Source: Acinetobacter phage AM24. Taken from it: a stretch of DNA of 64,000 nucleotides. The notes below the pieces were generated by a model, which was not told where the DNA came from, made no database searches, and saw nothing but the letters and a program-made list of their open reading frames with translations. The stretch lies in the sequence record KY000079.2. One strand, given 5' to 3'. The translations under genes were made by a program, and so were the position numbers. Positions 46,699-55,902 of this stretch are shown here, one piece after another (the stretch's first letter is position 1; every line of letters starts with the position of its first letter).

Positions 46699-47091
46699 AT
46701 GGGAGAGCATATAATTCGTGCTCAGGCAATTGCGGAATTTAAAAGTAAAGACACAAGTAGGTTTGTTGGTTGTTCTGAAGTCCAATCAAAAACTGGTGCA
46801 ATTAAATCTGATGGGGGTTCTTCAACATATTACGATATTGCTATCCCCACAAGCTTACTTGAAGAGATGGCTGAACGAAGAAATGAAGATGGTTTATCTT
46901 ACATTAAAACTGAAGAGATCATCGAACTAGGTCTTGGAAATGATTTTGATGCTGGAAATATCTTCAAGTGTTTAATTCGAATGCAATCCTTAAAGAATGG
47001 TAAAGGTAAGGCTGGAAATGACTTAGAGTACGATGCTAACAAAGTTGTTTATTCTGCCAAAAAAATAGCAAAACGCTATTCTAAAAAATAG
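46699..47091 (+). CDS. Hypothetical protein.
   Basis: RBS gacaggaggtcattatg. 130 aa. Confidence 0.4.
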   Translation: MGEHIIRAQAIAEFKSKDTSRFVGCSEVQSKTGAIKSDGGSSTYYDIAIPTSLLEEMAERRNEDGLSYIKTEEIIELGLGNDFDAGNIFKCLIRMQSLKNGKGKAGNDLEYDANKVVYSAKKIAKRYSKK

Positions 47092-47103
47092 GTTTACATG
47101 TTA

Positions 47104-47140
47104 TTATCCCTCAAAGGTTGTCTTTTGAGGGATTTTTTAT
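47104..47140 (+). terminator. Rho-independent terminator.
   Basis: 10-bp stem atccctcaaa / tttgagggat followed by ttttttat. Confidence 0.5.
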
Positions 47141-47441
47141 GACTATGCGAAAAGAAGATGGTGGGATTGACTACCTACTTGCCTCCTTATTTTTATTATT
47201 GGGGTTTGTTTTAGGTGCTCTATTTCTTGCCTACCAAAACACTCAGTTTATGAAGAATGAAATGTATACAGATTGTGCTAAGCTAGGATTTTATGAGATC
47301 TATCCAGATGAGGGTAAAGGTGTCTACTGTACCATAGCAAAGTATGAGAAGGAGCACACTGAATACAATACTTACAAGGTTTTTAAAGATGATGGTGAGT
47401 TGTTTACCACCCTTCGTGAAGATTTAGGAGAGAAGAAATAA
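47139..47441 (+). CDS. Small membrane protein. The start is moved to the ATG after the terminator.
   Basis: TM segment YLLASLFLLLGFVLGALFLAY. Confidence 0.35.
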   Translation: MTMRKEDGGIDYLLASLFLLLGFVLGALFLAYQNTQFMKNEMYTDCAKLGFYEIYPDEGKGVYCTIAKYEKEHTEYNTYKVFKDDGELFTTLREDLGEKK

Positions 47442-47956
47442 TGCACATTCAAAAAGGTCAACTTCGCTTTAATAAGAGAGAGTTGTGGAACTTAGATAAA
47501 CACCTTGCTAAAGTTATTGTTCAGGGGTTACAACAGTTCAAGAGTGTCCACAAGAACACCATCCCACCTCACTTAGTCACTGAGGATATTAACCCTGAAA
47601 CTGGTAGAGAGGTTTATTGGGATTATTCTAGTGAGTATTGTGAACAACAATGGCAAGAGTTATTAGATAAGATGATCTTTGCGTTTACAGAGCATCCCAC
47701 ATACTTTGATATTGAACCTTATGATTTTCATTATGATGATTTAACACACCCTGAAAAGTTTCCTGAGCAAGTGTGGGAAGAGCATCCTGTTTATGGTAAG
47801 ATAACAGAGTGGAGGCAAGTGTTAAAAGAAGGTGTTACACAAGAAGATGTAGATGCTTGGTGGGAACGTAGTCGAGCTTATGATGCTGAGATTAAACGCA
47901 AAGTTGATGAAGGGCGAGAGTTATTCATTAAACATTTTGATAACTTATGGGACTGA
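47441..47956 (+). CDS. Hypothetical protein.
   Basis: Start coupled to the previous stop (taatg). 171 aa, acidic and aromatic-rich. Confidence 0.4.
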   Translation: MHIQKGQLRFNKRELWNLDKHLAKVIVQGLQQFKSVHKNTIPPHLVTEDINPETGREVYWDYSSEYCEQQWQELLDKMIFAFTEHPTYFDIEPYDFHYDDLTHPEKFPEQVWEEHPVYGKITEWRQVLKEGVTQEDVDAWWERSRAYDAEIKRKVDEGRELFIKHFDNLWD

Positions 47957-47985
47957 GATATACAGCATTATCGAGGAGGGTATAG

Positions 47986-48192
47986 ATGAGTAATATTAAA
48001 GTGGGTGATAAAGTAGAGGTTGTGAATACAGGTCTATTTGGATGGAATGTCCACATAGGACATGTTGGTACAGTGAAAAACATAGTGGGTGATTTTGAAA
48101 TAGAGGTGTATTTTGATAGTATTGGGGATGGACTAACCCAATGGGTTCACTACCCAACTTGGGAACGTTGGGTAAAAGTTATTAGGGAGTAA
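47986..48192 (+). CDS. KOW/SH3-like VGD-family small protein.
   Basis: MSNIKVGDKVEVVNTG...GHVGTVKNIV. RBS gaggagggtatagatg. Confidence 0.5.
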   Translation: MSNIKVGDKVEVVNTGLFGWNVHIGHVGTVKNIVGDFEIEVYFDSIGDGLTQWVHYPTWERWVKVIRE

Positions 48193-48195
48193 TTC

Positions 48196-48456
48196 ATGGG
48201 TAGACCAAATATAAGGGTTGGTGATACTGTGAGGATTTGTAAAAAAGATATCTTTGCACCTTTTGTTAGAAAAGGTGATCTTGCAATAGTGAAAGATATG
48301 CAGTTTGATGAGGATTGTGTTGACCTATGGTTAGACAGTTTTGGTTGGCACCACGAGCAAGTTGTAACAATTAGCAGGAATAGATCATATCCACCAAATA
48401 AATATATAACTTTTCTCCATCAATCTCAAAAACTTGTTGACAAACCTTCCGAATAA
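48196..48456 (+). CDS. KOW/SH3-like VGD-family small protein.
   Basis: IRVGDTVRICKK...KGDLAIVKDM. RBS agggagtaattcatg. Confidence 0.45.
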   Translation: MGRPNIRVGDTVRICKKDIFAPFVRKGDLAIVKDMQFDEDCVDLWLDSFGWHHEQVVTISRNRSYPPNKYITFLHQSQKLVDKPSE

Positions 48457-48500
48457 CCTTAATATTCAACCATAAGATAAACACTTAGTTTGGAGTTAAA

Positions 48501-49328
48501 ATGTTAAAAAAGATTGCTTTAGTTGGTGCGTTAGTTGCTTCGGCAGTTTCATTCACAGGTTGTACACGAGTTACTGATGCAGAGGTTGGTGTGAAGACTA
48601 GCTTCACTGGTAAGATTTCTGATTCACCACAATATCAAGGCTTGTATTTCCCTTGGGTATATAGCTTAGATAAATTCTCTACACGTAACCTGATTATTGA
48701 TGTTTCTGGTCAGCCTATTGTTGAGAATGTGCAGATGGATGGTATGACCATTCGGGTAAACTACTCAATTAAACCTGAACTTGCACCTGAAATGTGGAAA
48801 ACACAGAAGGCACAACACATGGTTCGTGGAGGTGGAGAGGGTGATGAAAAACGTGAGATATTCCTCATGGGTTTATATGTTGAGACAATCTCTCGTAATG
48901 TCATGATGGATGTGGTTAAGAACTACAAAGCCTTGGAGGTAAACTCTAAGCGTACAGAGATTGAGCCAATCTTAAAAGCTCAGATTGTGAAGACAATCAA
49001 TGCCAACGGTCGTGGTAAGTATGTGAATATTAATGAGGTGGTTATTATTAATTCACAACCACCGAAATCTGTTATGGATTCCGCTAAGCGTTACTTGACA
49101 TCACTAAACGACTTACGCACAAAGCAGAATGAAGTAGAGATTGCTAAGCAAGAATCTGAGCGATTAAAAGCTTTGGCTTCACAGGCAAATGAAACTACTT
49201 TAGACTACATGAGAGCACAAGCCCAATTGAATAACTCAGAAGCAATGATGGAAATGGCTCGTAATAAGAGTGTAAATAAGTTGATCATTGCACCAATGAA
49301 TATTACTTCATTAGGTAAGTTGGACTAG
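48501..49328 (+). CDS. Lipoprotein, possibly SPFH/band-7-like.
   Basis: Signal peptide with a lipobox-like MLKKIALVGALVASAVSFTGC. The central domain and the C-terminal coiled coil (KQNEVEIAKQESERLKALASQA) resemble HflK/C-type SPFH proteins. Confidence 0.45.
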   Translation: MLKKIALVGALVASAVSFTGCTRVTDAEVGVKTSFTGKISDSPQYQGLYFPWVYSLDKFSTRNLIIDVSGQPIVENVQMDGMTIRVNYSIKPELAPEMWKTQKAQHMVRGGGEGDEKREIFLMGLYVETISRNVMMDVVKNYKALEVNSKRTEIEPILKAQIVKTINANGRGKYVNINEVVIINSQPPKSVMDSAKRYLTSLNDLRTKQNEVEIAKQESERLKALASQANETTLDYMRAQAQLNNSEAMMEMARNKSVNKLIIAPMNITSLGKLD

Positions 49329-49378
49329 TACTAAATATACTGGGGAGTTATCCTCCCCAAATCTTTTTGGAGATTTAT

Positions 49379-49849
49379 ATGTCTTGGTTTAGTAAGATAT
49401 TTGGTGGTAAAGTTGTACAACAGCAAAATATAATGTCTAGTGGATCAGTAGTTGCTGGAGATTATGTTGGAAGAAATAACAATGGTAGTAATTCAGTAGG
49501 TTTTGATGTGACATTATCTGGTGGGTCTGTAAATATTAATGGCAGAAAATACACAGGGCGAAACATCCAAATTAATGGTGATCAAGTTATTGTTGATGGT
49601 GTAGTGAAAAGTACAGTGCAGTCAGGTCCAATAAATGTCGCTGTGAATGGTCATGTTGAAGATCTCAAAACAGTATCTGGTGATGTTACTGTCCAGAGTG
49701 GAACTGTTGGGAATATTCAAACAACCTCTGGAAATATCAATGTAAATGGTGATGTTCAAGGAAACATTAAAACAGTATCGGGAAATGTTAAGGGCCATAA
49801 GCTTGAAGGGGATGCACGTACAGTATCTGGCGATATAAAAACCCGTTAA
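49379..49849 (+). CDS. Beta-helix repeat protein (bactofilin-like repeats).
   Basis: Many repeats of the type VSGDVTVQSG / TSGNINVNGD / VSGNVKG. RBS gagatttatatg. Confidence 0.35.
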   Translation: MSWFSKIFGGKVVQQQNIMSSGSVVAGDYVGRNNNGSNSVGFDVTLSGGSVNINGRKYTGRNIQINGDQVIVDGVVKSTVQSGPINVAVNGHVEDLKTVSGDVTVQSGTVGNIQTTSGNINVNGDVQGNIKTVSGNVKGHKLEGDARTVSGDIKTR

Positions 49850-50041
49850 GGAGTTGTTAAGTGAATGCATTTATCTTATGGTTTATGGTATTTATGCTTT
49901 ACCTTTTGGTATGGCGTGTGGTAAAATTATATAAAGAAGATAAGGTTGGGGAGTTCTTTACAATGATGTGTATTGTAATGCTGCCAATACTAACAACTGC
50001 TATCTCTAAAGCTGTATTAAGTAGTTAATTAGGAGAAATAT

Positions 50042-50389
50042 ATGTCAAAGAATTCACATGTAAATACATTGGAAGTTGTGAATGGTGGTAATCCTGTAGT
50101 TAGTATTCAAGATTTGAACACTGCACGTAAAAACAAGTTGTTCCATGATGGTTTACAACGTGTATATGAAAAGATGTACCGTAGTGGTTTTATGAAAGAT
50201 ACCACACCAAAACAACAAAAGATGATTGAGGAAGAACCAATCATGATGTTATCTCGTGAGTTATATCCATCACGACAAGCATACCGACATGCGCTTCGCA
50301 GTTGGGCTAAACAGAAAGAGCGATTTGAAAAGGCTGCATCTCGTGGATTGCTTGCAGAGCACTTGAAGGTTCACTTATATGGTCTTTAA
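50042..50389 (+). CDS. Hypothetical protein.
   Basis: RBS taggagaaatatatg. 115 aa, basic. Confidence 0.4.
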   Translation: MSKNSHVNTLEVVNGGNPVVSIQDLNTARKNKLFHDGLQRVYEKMYRSGFMKDTTPKQQKMIEEEPIMMLSRELYPSRQAYRHALRSWAKQKERFEKAASRGLLAEHLKVHLYGL

Positions 50390-50400
50390 TTACTAAGATA

Positions 50401-50423
50401 AGCCCCGAAAGGGGTTTTCTTGT
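50401..50423 (+). terminator. Probable rho-independent terminator.
   Basis: gcccc gaaa ggggt followed by tttcttgttt. Confidence 0.35.
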
Positions 50424-50436
50424 TTAGGAGGTTTGT

Positions 50437-50634
50437 GTGGATAAATTTAAAGTTGGAGATGCTGTTAAGGTGGTTGCAACGAAGTCTGAATTAAATTCAA
50501 TTTTTGCACCACTACACCTAAAAGGTTTTGTTGGTGTCATAACAAACATAAATTTTGATGGTTTCTACAGAGTTAGGTTTGAGGATGATTGGTGGAATCT
50601 AAGAGAGTGTGATATCGATAAGGTGGTAGGATGA
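50437..50634 (+). CDS. KOW/SH3-like VGD-family small protein. GTG start.
   Basis: MDKFKVGDAVKVVATK...KGFVGVITNI. RBS ttaggaggtttgtgtg. Confidence 0.45.
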   Translation: MDKFKVGDAVKVVATKSELNSIFAPLHLKGFVGVITNINFDGFYRVRFEDDWWNLRECDIDKVVG

Positions 50635-50843
50635 GTATAAATACACAAAACATTAAAATGGGAGATAAAGTTAAAGTTATCTCCACTGAACGTCAACTTT
50701 CTGAGATTGGTGCATCTGGAGATAACCTCAAAGGAAAGATTGGTGTGGTAACTAGCATCTTTAGTTATGGTTTTGCTGTTGAATTTGATAAAAGTGGGTG
50801 TTGGTGTTTGAGGTTTAAAGATGTCCATAAAGTTTTAGAATGA
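50631..50843 (+). CDS. KOW/SH3-like VGD-family small protein.
   Basis: IKMGDKVKVISTE...KGKIGVVTSI. Start overlaps the previous stop. Confidence 0.45.
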   Translation: MSINTQNIKMGDKVKVISTERQLSEIGASGDNLKGKIGVVTSIFSYGFAVEFDKSGCWCLRFKDVHKVLE

Positions 50844-50866
50844 TTGTTGTGCAAGTGTAAATTAAT

Positions 50867-50895
50867 TTGACAAGTTTAACTTTTGATGATATACA
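50867..50895 (+). promoter_or_regulatory. Sigma70-type promoter.
   Basis: -35 ttgaca, 17-bp spacer, -10 tataca. Upstream context attaatttgaca. Confidence 0.4.
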
Positions 50896-50929
50896 TAAGG
50901 AACTATTAAACTTTTAAGAGGAATATTTT

Positions 50930-51361
50930 ATGGATCATCAAGAAAAATTTGATCAAAATCAACCAGAAACTTCAAAACACAAGGGAACACCTTGGTTAGA
51001 TTGGCTTCGTGGTACTATTGGCACCCTGTTAATTGTTATTGCAGTTGGTGCTTTTGTTGCGAATAATCAACAACAACAATCGCACTCTATTGTAACTGCT
51101 ATTCAAGCTTTGAACAAGGATAAAATTCGAGAAACATACTCTTCAAGTAACTATAATATTGCCATGACATGTGGCATGGATGGTAACTACCAAACTGCCT
51201 CTAATGTTTTAGAGCTAAGTGATGTCAAAGTTAAAACCCTTAATAGTATTGTGCTGTACGACACTGGTATTGTAATGGCAAACTTTAGTGACAATACAAA
51301 GTTTATCACAGATATTAAAAACTGCACAATCAATGTTCAGAAACTAACTAAGGAGTCGTAA
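50930..51361 (+). CDS. Membrane-anchored protein (N-terminal TM segment).
   Basis: TM GTIGTLLIVIAVGAFVA. RBS aagaggaatattttatg. Confidence 0.4.
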   Translation: MDHQEKFDQNQPETSKHKGTPWLDWLRGTIGTLLIVIAVGAFVANNQQQQSHSIVTAIQALNKDKIRETYSSSNYNIAMTCGMDGNYQTASNVLELSDVKVKTLNSIVLYDTGIVMANFSDNTKFITDIKNCTINVQKLTKES

Positions 51362-51511
51362 TATGAGGGAAATTTCTAAAGAGGGTATCAAAAGAAAAAT
51401 TAAAGATTGGTACAACCTAGCAGTAACACATCCAAGGATTTCCTATGCGATATTCTTGGTGGTTGTTTTTTCTTTAATACTTTTAAATACTGAATAATAA
51501 CAGGAGGTTAT

Positions 51512-52078
51512 ATGGGAATCAAAGGAGTTGGTGACTATATCCGCGTGACTGTTTCAAATGAAGCAAAAGCTGCACTTGCTCGGAAGTTATTACCTTTAGA
51601 GAATGTCAAAGATAAATATAGCGCATCAGCACAAACACAGCTAGGTTTTCCTTTTGGTGGTAACCTAGGGATTCCCTACACCTTAGAAACCATGAAGAGA
51701 CGCTATGTCGATTTCCTTGGTGAGAATGAGATTAAAATTCTTAGGTACATGATGCGGATATCTTTATCCTCAATTAAGTATGGAATGTACACCAAGCAAG
51801 ATTACGCTATGGTGAACTTTACAAGCTCTATTGTATCGCCTTATCTTTGGGATGTTTATAAAGATTGGTTACTGTCTTGTGGTTTTACCTTAAGGGAAGA
51901 CATCAGGGAAACTGTTTTAATTCAAGATTCTTACAATCAAGGGTCTGGAAGGTTTAAACTAATGTATGGTGCAAAAATCTTTTGGTCAAAAAAATCTGAA
52001 GAAAATGTTGACTTGTTAGCTAAAATAGGTGTAGGATTAGGTATCAAAAATGGTTATGACCTAGAGGAAATCTTATGA
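51512..52078 (+). CDS. Hypothetical protein.
   Basis: RBS aacaggaggttatatg. 188 aa. Confidence 0.4.
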   Translation: MGIKGVGDYIRVTVSNEAKAALARKLLPLENVKDKYSASAQTQLGFPFGGNLGIPYTLETMKRRYVDFLGENEIKILRYMMRISLSSIKYGMYTKQDYAMVNFTSSIVSPYLWDVYKDWLLSCGFTLREDIRETVLIQDSYNQGSGRFKLMYGAKIFWSKKSEENVDLLAKIGVGLGIKNGYDLEEIL

Positions 52079-52464
52079 CCGAATTAGTTGAACAAGCAGA
52101 AACTAAAGTAACCGATGATGAAGTTATTAAAGTTCGTAAAAGTGTGGTTGTTGATTTTATTATTAAAGATCGAAACAGTTATCTAAGAGCACAACAAGCA
52201 CGCTATAAGAACATGAGATTGATTGATGGAATTTATATGAGATCGCTGTTCATATATGGTGCTTTGTCAATTTTATTAGTGTTATCATTACTGTGGACAA
52301 TTGTTCGAATCATACTATTGAAAGAATTCTCTGATGTTTTATTAGGAGCTTTTGATGTAATACTGCTATTCATGTTTGCGACTCGAATCGATGGTGCATT
52401 ACACTGGTGGGATGAGGAGGAAGAAAGATCTGGAGGTTATCTTGCCAACACAGAAACAGACTGA
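52075..52464 (+). CDS. Membrane protein (2 TM helices).
   Basis: LFIYGALSILLVLSLLWTIV and VLLGAFDVILLFMFATRI. Confidence 0.35.
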   Translation: MTELVEQAETKVTDDEVIKVRKSVVVDFIIKDRNSYLRAQQARYKNMRLIDGIYMRSLFIYGALSILLVLSLLWTIVRIILLKEFSDVLLGAFDVILLFMFATRIDGALHWWDEEEERSGGYLANTETD

Positions 52465-52912
52465 TTCACTTTACATTGAAATGCTGGAGCCTCTGAAGAA
52501 GAGGTCCCATGCAGTTCGAGCAAAGGTAGGAGCTATTCTGGTTACTCAACAGGGTAACCTTTTAGTAGGAATTAATGGTTTACCTAAACAACTTGGAAAC
52601 AAGTTAGAAATTGAAGAGGTGGTACTTGAGAGTGTTTTCAATGAACCGCCAAGATGGGTACTTACAGGAGAACTCATAACTAAACCTACAGTTATCCATG
52701 CAGAGATGAATTGTATATTAAAAGCCGCACGTGAAGGAGTGAGCACGGTTAATTCTACTGTCTATGTAACGCTATCACCATGTGCTCACTGTGCCTCTAT
52801 GCTTGTCTCTGCTGGTGTTAAGCGGTTGGTTTATGTTGAGGATTATCGTGATCCTTCAGGGTTAGATGTTTTGAGACGATGCGATGTGGAGGTGATTAAG
52901 TATGAGCATTGA
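52442..52912 (+). CDS. dCMP deaminase (cytidine/deoxycytidylate deaminase family).
   Basis: Zinc-binding motifs HAEMNCI and SPCAHCASML. A TTG at 52442 is preceded by ggagg. An alternative ATG start lies at 52482. The ORF-track start at 52376 lacks an RBS and overlaps the upstream gene. Confidence 0.65.
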   Translation: MPTQKQTDSLYIEMLEPLKKRSHAVRAKVGAILVTQQGNLLVGINGLPKQLGNKLEIEEVVLESVFNEPPRWVLTGELITKPTVIHAEMNCILKAAREGVSTVNSTVYVTLSPCAHCASMLVSAGVKRLVYVEDYRDPSGLDVLRRCDVEVIKYEH

Positions 52913-53093
52913 AGATAAGAAATGTGAAAAATGTCCAACAGGCACATATATTCGAAGAGAGTGGAAAGAAAGTCTTGGAGAATTTGGTGATGTGAATGTT
53001 ATTGAAGATATTTGTGATACGTGCGGTCATGACTATTGGAAAGAGCAAGCAGAGAAAATACAAGAAGCCTATTTAAATGGGGAGATTGATTGA
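52902..53093 (+). CDS. Small zinc-ribbon protein.
   Basis: CEKCPTG ... CDTCGH, two CxxC pairs. 63 aa. Confidence 0.4.
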   Translation: MSIEDKKCEKCPTGTYIRREWKESLGEFGDVNVIEDICDTCGHDYWKEQAEKIQEAYLNGEID

Positions 53094-53422
53094 TGGATAT
53101 GTTGAAAGTTTATTTAAAAAAGAGAATGCTTGGGTGTGCTTTTAAAGGTATTATCCACCAAGGTCCTGACAAGGAAAAATTTCAGGATGCTGAATTCTTA
53201 CTTACAAGAATTTCACATCGTTATGTTTGGGGTCATCCTGTAGGTCATCCAAATAAGAAATTCTGCTTCAAGTTTGCAGATGTTAGATTTTACTTTGATG
53301 ATCAACAATCGGAACCTCACCAGCCATTTATGTATAAGTTGTTAGATGCACTATGTGATGTTGAAGATGACATCAAAAGTGGATATATTGGGTATTTAAT
53401 AACTGACCAAAATAAAGCATAA
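53090..53422 (+). CDS. Hypothetical protein.
   Basis: Start overlaps the previous stop. 110 aa. Confidence 0.35.
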   Translation: MMDMLKVYLKKRMLGCAFKGIIHQGPDKEKFQDAEFLLTRISHRYVWGHPVGHPNKKFCFKFADVRFYFDDQQSEPHQPFMYKLLDALCDVEDDIKSGYIGYLITDQNKA

Positions 53423-53432
53423 GAAATTTAAA

Positions 53433-53466
53433 TTAACCTCCTAGTTGACAGGAGGTTTTTTATTGC
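53433..53466 (+). terminator. Rho-independent terminator.
   Basis: Stem aacctcct / aggaggtt with loop agttgac, followed by ttttttatt. Confidence 0.5.
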
Positions 53467-53510
53467 CTAAAATTTAGTTAATTTAATAGGTAACCAAAAG
53501 GTTAATTTTT

Positions 53511-53951
53511 ATGACAACTTATGTATATGTTGAAATGTCGGAAGGCTCAAAGAGTCCATCAGGAAAACTCCATGAGGTTGACACCTCAATGATTTGTATC
53601 CAGAAAGATACACTATTTAAGGGATTTCCAGAAGTAAACTTCGACATGTTGATGGAAACCTTGAAAGAACACCTCAATGAATTCGAAGAGTCAACTTTCC
53701 TAAAAAACTGGCAGGGTGTTGGTTATATGAAAAATATACCACAACATCAATTTGCACTCAGAATGGTTGAAAAATATAAACTGTTCTCAGCCCTTGATGA
53801 AATGGATCTTGAAGATGTAGAATATGATGAGTATGCCAATGGGGTTGTTCAAAGTATGCTGGCACTGTTAGATGACTTGTTTCATGGTGGGGATACCATT
53901 GAAGTGATTAAGATTATTTATGCTGGTGAAGTTAACAACTTGTTTGGGTGA
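53511..53951 (+). CDS. Hypothetical acidic protein.
   Basis: 146-aa ORF after the terminator. Confidence 0.4.
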   Translation: MTTYVYVEMSEGSKSPSGKLHEVDTSMICIQKDTLFKGFPEVNFDMLMETLKEHLNEFEESTFLKNWQGVGYMKNIPQHQFALRMVEKYKLFSALDEMDLEDVEYDEYANGVVQSMLALLDDLFHGGDTIEVIKIIYAGEVNNLFG

Positions 53952-53962
53952 GGGATTTTTAA

Positions 53963-54169
53963 ATGAAAGAGAAATGGACTGTTGTTGCTGCTATAGTTTG
54001 TAGCATCTTAATCCTGTACTTCTGTGCACTATCACAAAATAAAGCTAAAGAGGCTCAGTGTGATGGAGAAACGCGATTTTATGCAAGTGGTGGGAGAATT
54101 TATGCTTGTGACAACTATAAAAAGCCGAAAGCTCAACAACAGGAAACACAGGAATGGACAAACAATTAG
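53963..54169 (+). CDS. Small secreted or membrane protein with Cys pairs.
   Basis: N-terminal hydrophobic segment WTVVAAIVCSILILYFCAL. RBS gagggatttttaaatg. Confidence 0.35.
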   Translation: MKEKWTVVAAIVCSILILYFCALSQNKAKEAQCDGETRFYASGGRIYACDNYKKPKAQQQETQEWTNN

Positions 54170-54357
54170 TTTTGAACTATTTAAGGACCTACAGTTTTTC
54201 TTACATACGACCTATGTATCGATCCCTACGAGTTAGATCTAAAGGTATGTCTTTAAACAAGTTTAGGAAGTTTTTAAAAGATATGGAAAAGGAAGGGTTA
54301 ATTGAAGAGGTTAAAATACTTCCTTACCATGATTTTCCTTGCTGGAGATTGAAATGA
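54154..54357 (+). CDS. Hypothetical small basic protein, possibly DNA-binding.
   Basis: 67-aa ORF overlapping the previous stop. Confidence 0.3.
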   Translation: MDKQLVLNYLRTYSFSYIRPMYRSLRVRSKGMSLNKFRKFLKDMEKEGLIEEVKILPYHDFPCWRLK

Positions 54358-54578
54358 CATTCTTTAATGAAGAGCGTATTGGTGGTAAAGATGAAGTTGA
54401 TCTAGATTCAAAAATTATATCAAGCTTAAATGTGCACGGTTTCAATAGAGTCACATACGAGTTTTCCTTCTTGATTTTTGGTGAGGATTTTGATAAAACT
54501 ATCTACACACGATTTGATATAGATTTTAATATCGAAGACCATGAAGAATTTATCTGGAGAGATGATGATGACACCTAG
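54354..54578 (+). CDS. Hypothetical small acidic protein.
   Basis: ATG at 54354 overlapping the previous stop (atga). Confidence 0.3.
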   Translation: MTFFNEERIGGKDEVDLDSKIISSLNVHGFNRVTYEFSFLIFGEDFDKTIYTRFDIDFNIEDHEEFIWRDDDDT

Positions 54579-54762
54579 AGAAGAGTTTGAGAATTTACCA
54601 CAGGTAAAAGAAATACTAAAGTGTGGTGCTATATACTTTTGCCCTGTACGTAAACACTACGAAACCACTAAAAGTAGTTTGATAATGTGTGTTTACTTCA
54701 TTAATGGTGCGTGGTATTCTTATCAACATGTACTGGATATTATGAATAAGTCTGAGGATTAA
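54541..54762 (+). CDS. Hypothetical small protein. The start is uncertain; there are alternative ATGs at 54562-54568.
   Basis: 73-aa ORF. Confidence 0.3.
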   Translation: MKNLSGEMMMTPREEFENLPQVKEILKCGAIYFCPVRKHYETTKSSLIMCVYFINGAWYSYQHVLDIMNKSED

Positions 54763-54765
54763 ATA

Positions 54766-54948
54766 ATGGTTAAACAACAAACTTTTGATGAATGGTATGC
54801 TGAGTGGACTGGTTCCAGTATTAAGTGTGAGAACACTGATGTACGTGCTGCATGGGATCATCAACAGAAACGTATTCAGTTTCTGGAAAAGGCATTTGAA
54901 AACTTAAAACTCCAGTTGGAAGACAAAGAGATTGATTCCAAGGTGTGA
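54766..54948 (+). CDS. Hypothetical small protein.
   Basis: 60-aa ORF immediately after the previous stop. Confidence 0.3.
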   Translation: MVKQQTFDEWYAEWTGSSIKCENTDVRAAWDHQQKRIQFLEKAFENLKLQLEDKEIDSKV

Positions 54949-55153
54949 TTTTCTACCGAGTCAGTAATCCTGAATGGGAACTTGGCGTAAGAAGTTTTAA
55001 AGCGATGTCATTAACAAAATTTTAATAGGTAGGTAACTATGAGTGTTATTTCAAAAAGTTTTGACTTTATTATAACAGTTGTAGCTGTGGGTTTGTTTTT
55101 CTTTATGTTTGGATTTTGGTCAGCGTACTTTATTTTTACCTAATAGGATCACT

Positions 55154-55525
55154 ATGAAACAAATTATTTTTCTAGACGATGAAAGAGTTATCCAAGACGT
55201 AACTTGGATAGATTACTCTCAATGGTCGGGTGCTTACGTTATTTCTCAAAGTTCAGCTTCTCGTTTAATCTCATACATTAAACATTATGGGAAATACTTT
55301 GACTGGGAAAATACTTTGTTTTCCTTAGACCATGACCTTCAGGATTTTGATGGGGAGGAAGAGTCTACAGGCTACACCTTCATTAAATGGTTGATTGAAT
55401 TCATGGTTGAGAATGAGATTTCCTTAGAATATCTCAATGTAGTTGTGCACTCCCAAAACCCTATTGGCAAAGAAAACATTGAAAAATATATCAGTAATGC
55501 TAAACTACATTATTTGGAATTCTAG
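55154..55525 (+). CDS. Hypothetical protein with a receiver-like N-terminus (IIFLDDER).
   Basis: The start is chosen at ATG 55154 (MKQIIFLDDERV). Confidence 0.35.
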   Translation: MKQIIFLDDERVIQDVTWIDYSQWSGAYVISQSSASRLISYIKHYGKYFDWENTLFSLDHDLQDFDGEEESTGYTFIKWLIEFMVENEISLEYLNVVVHSQNPIGKENIEKYISNAKLHYLEF

Positions 55526-55534
55526 GAGAGTAAC

Positions 55535-55744
55535 TTGTCAGGTCAAAAGTGGTACGTTAGCCATGCCGAAGCACTAACACAGAACATCGCAGGGTTGCTC
55601 ATAGCATTTATAGTGATGATGGTATTAGGAATACCTTTACATACCACATTAAAGATCCAAGTGATTTTATTCTTTACATCGTACATCAGAAGTTATACTA
55701 TCAGACGTATATTTAATTGGTTAAGCTTGAGGAAAAATACATGA
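55535..55744 (+). CDS. Small membrane protein. TTG start.
   Basis: RBS aggagagtaacttg. TM LLIAFIVMMVLGIPL. Confidence 0.3.
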   Translation: MSGQKWYVSHAEALTQNIAGLLIAFIVMMVLGIPLHTTLKIQVILFFTSYIRSYTIRRIFNWLSLRKNT

Positions 55745-55902
55745 TCAACATCGTTTATTTGGTTTTAGTTATTACGTGGAATAGTGGAACAGCAACAGTA
55801 CAAGTTCCACAAGCAAATATAAAACAATGTGAGATTAACAAACAAGCACTAATTCCTGATGAGAGTGTTAAACGAGCTTATTGTATTGTTGGGGTGAAGT
55901 GA
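55741..55902 (+). CDS. Small protein with an N-terminal signal or TM segment.
   Basis: MINIVYLVLVITWNSG. Confidence 0.3.
   Translation: MINIVYLVLVITWNSGTATVQVPQANIKQCEINKQALIPDESVKRAYCIVGVK

Noticed and set aside
54024-54236. 70-aa ORF in an alternative frame
   Set aside because: It overlaps both 53963-54169 and 54154-54357, which have better start contexts. It is unlikely to be a third gene.
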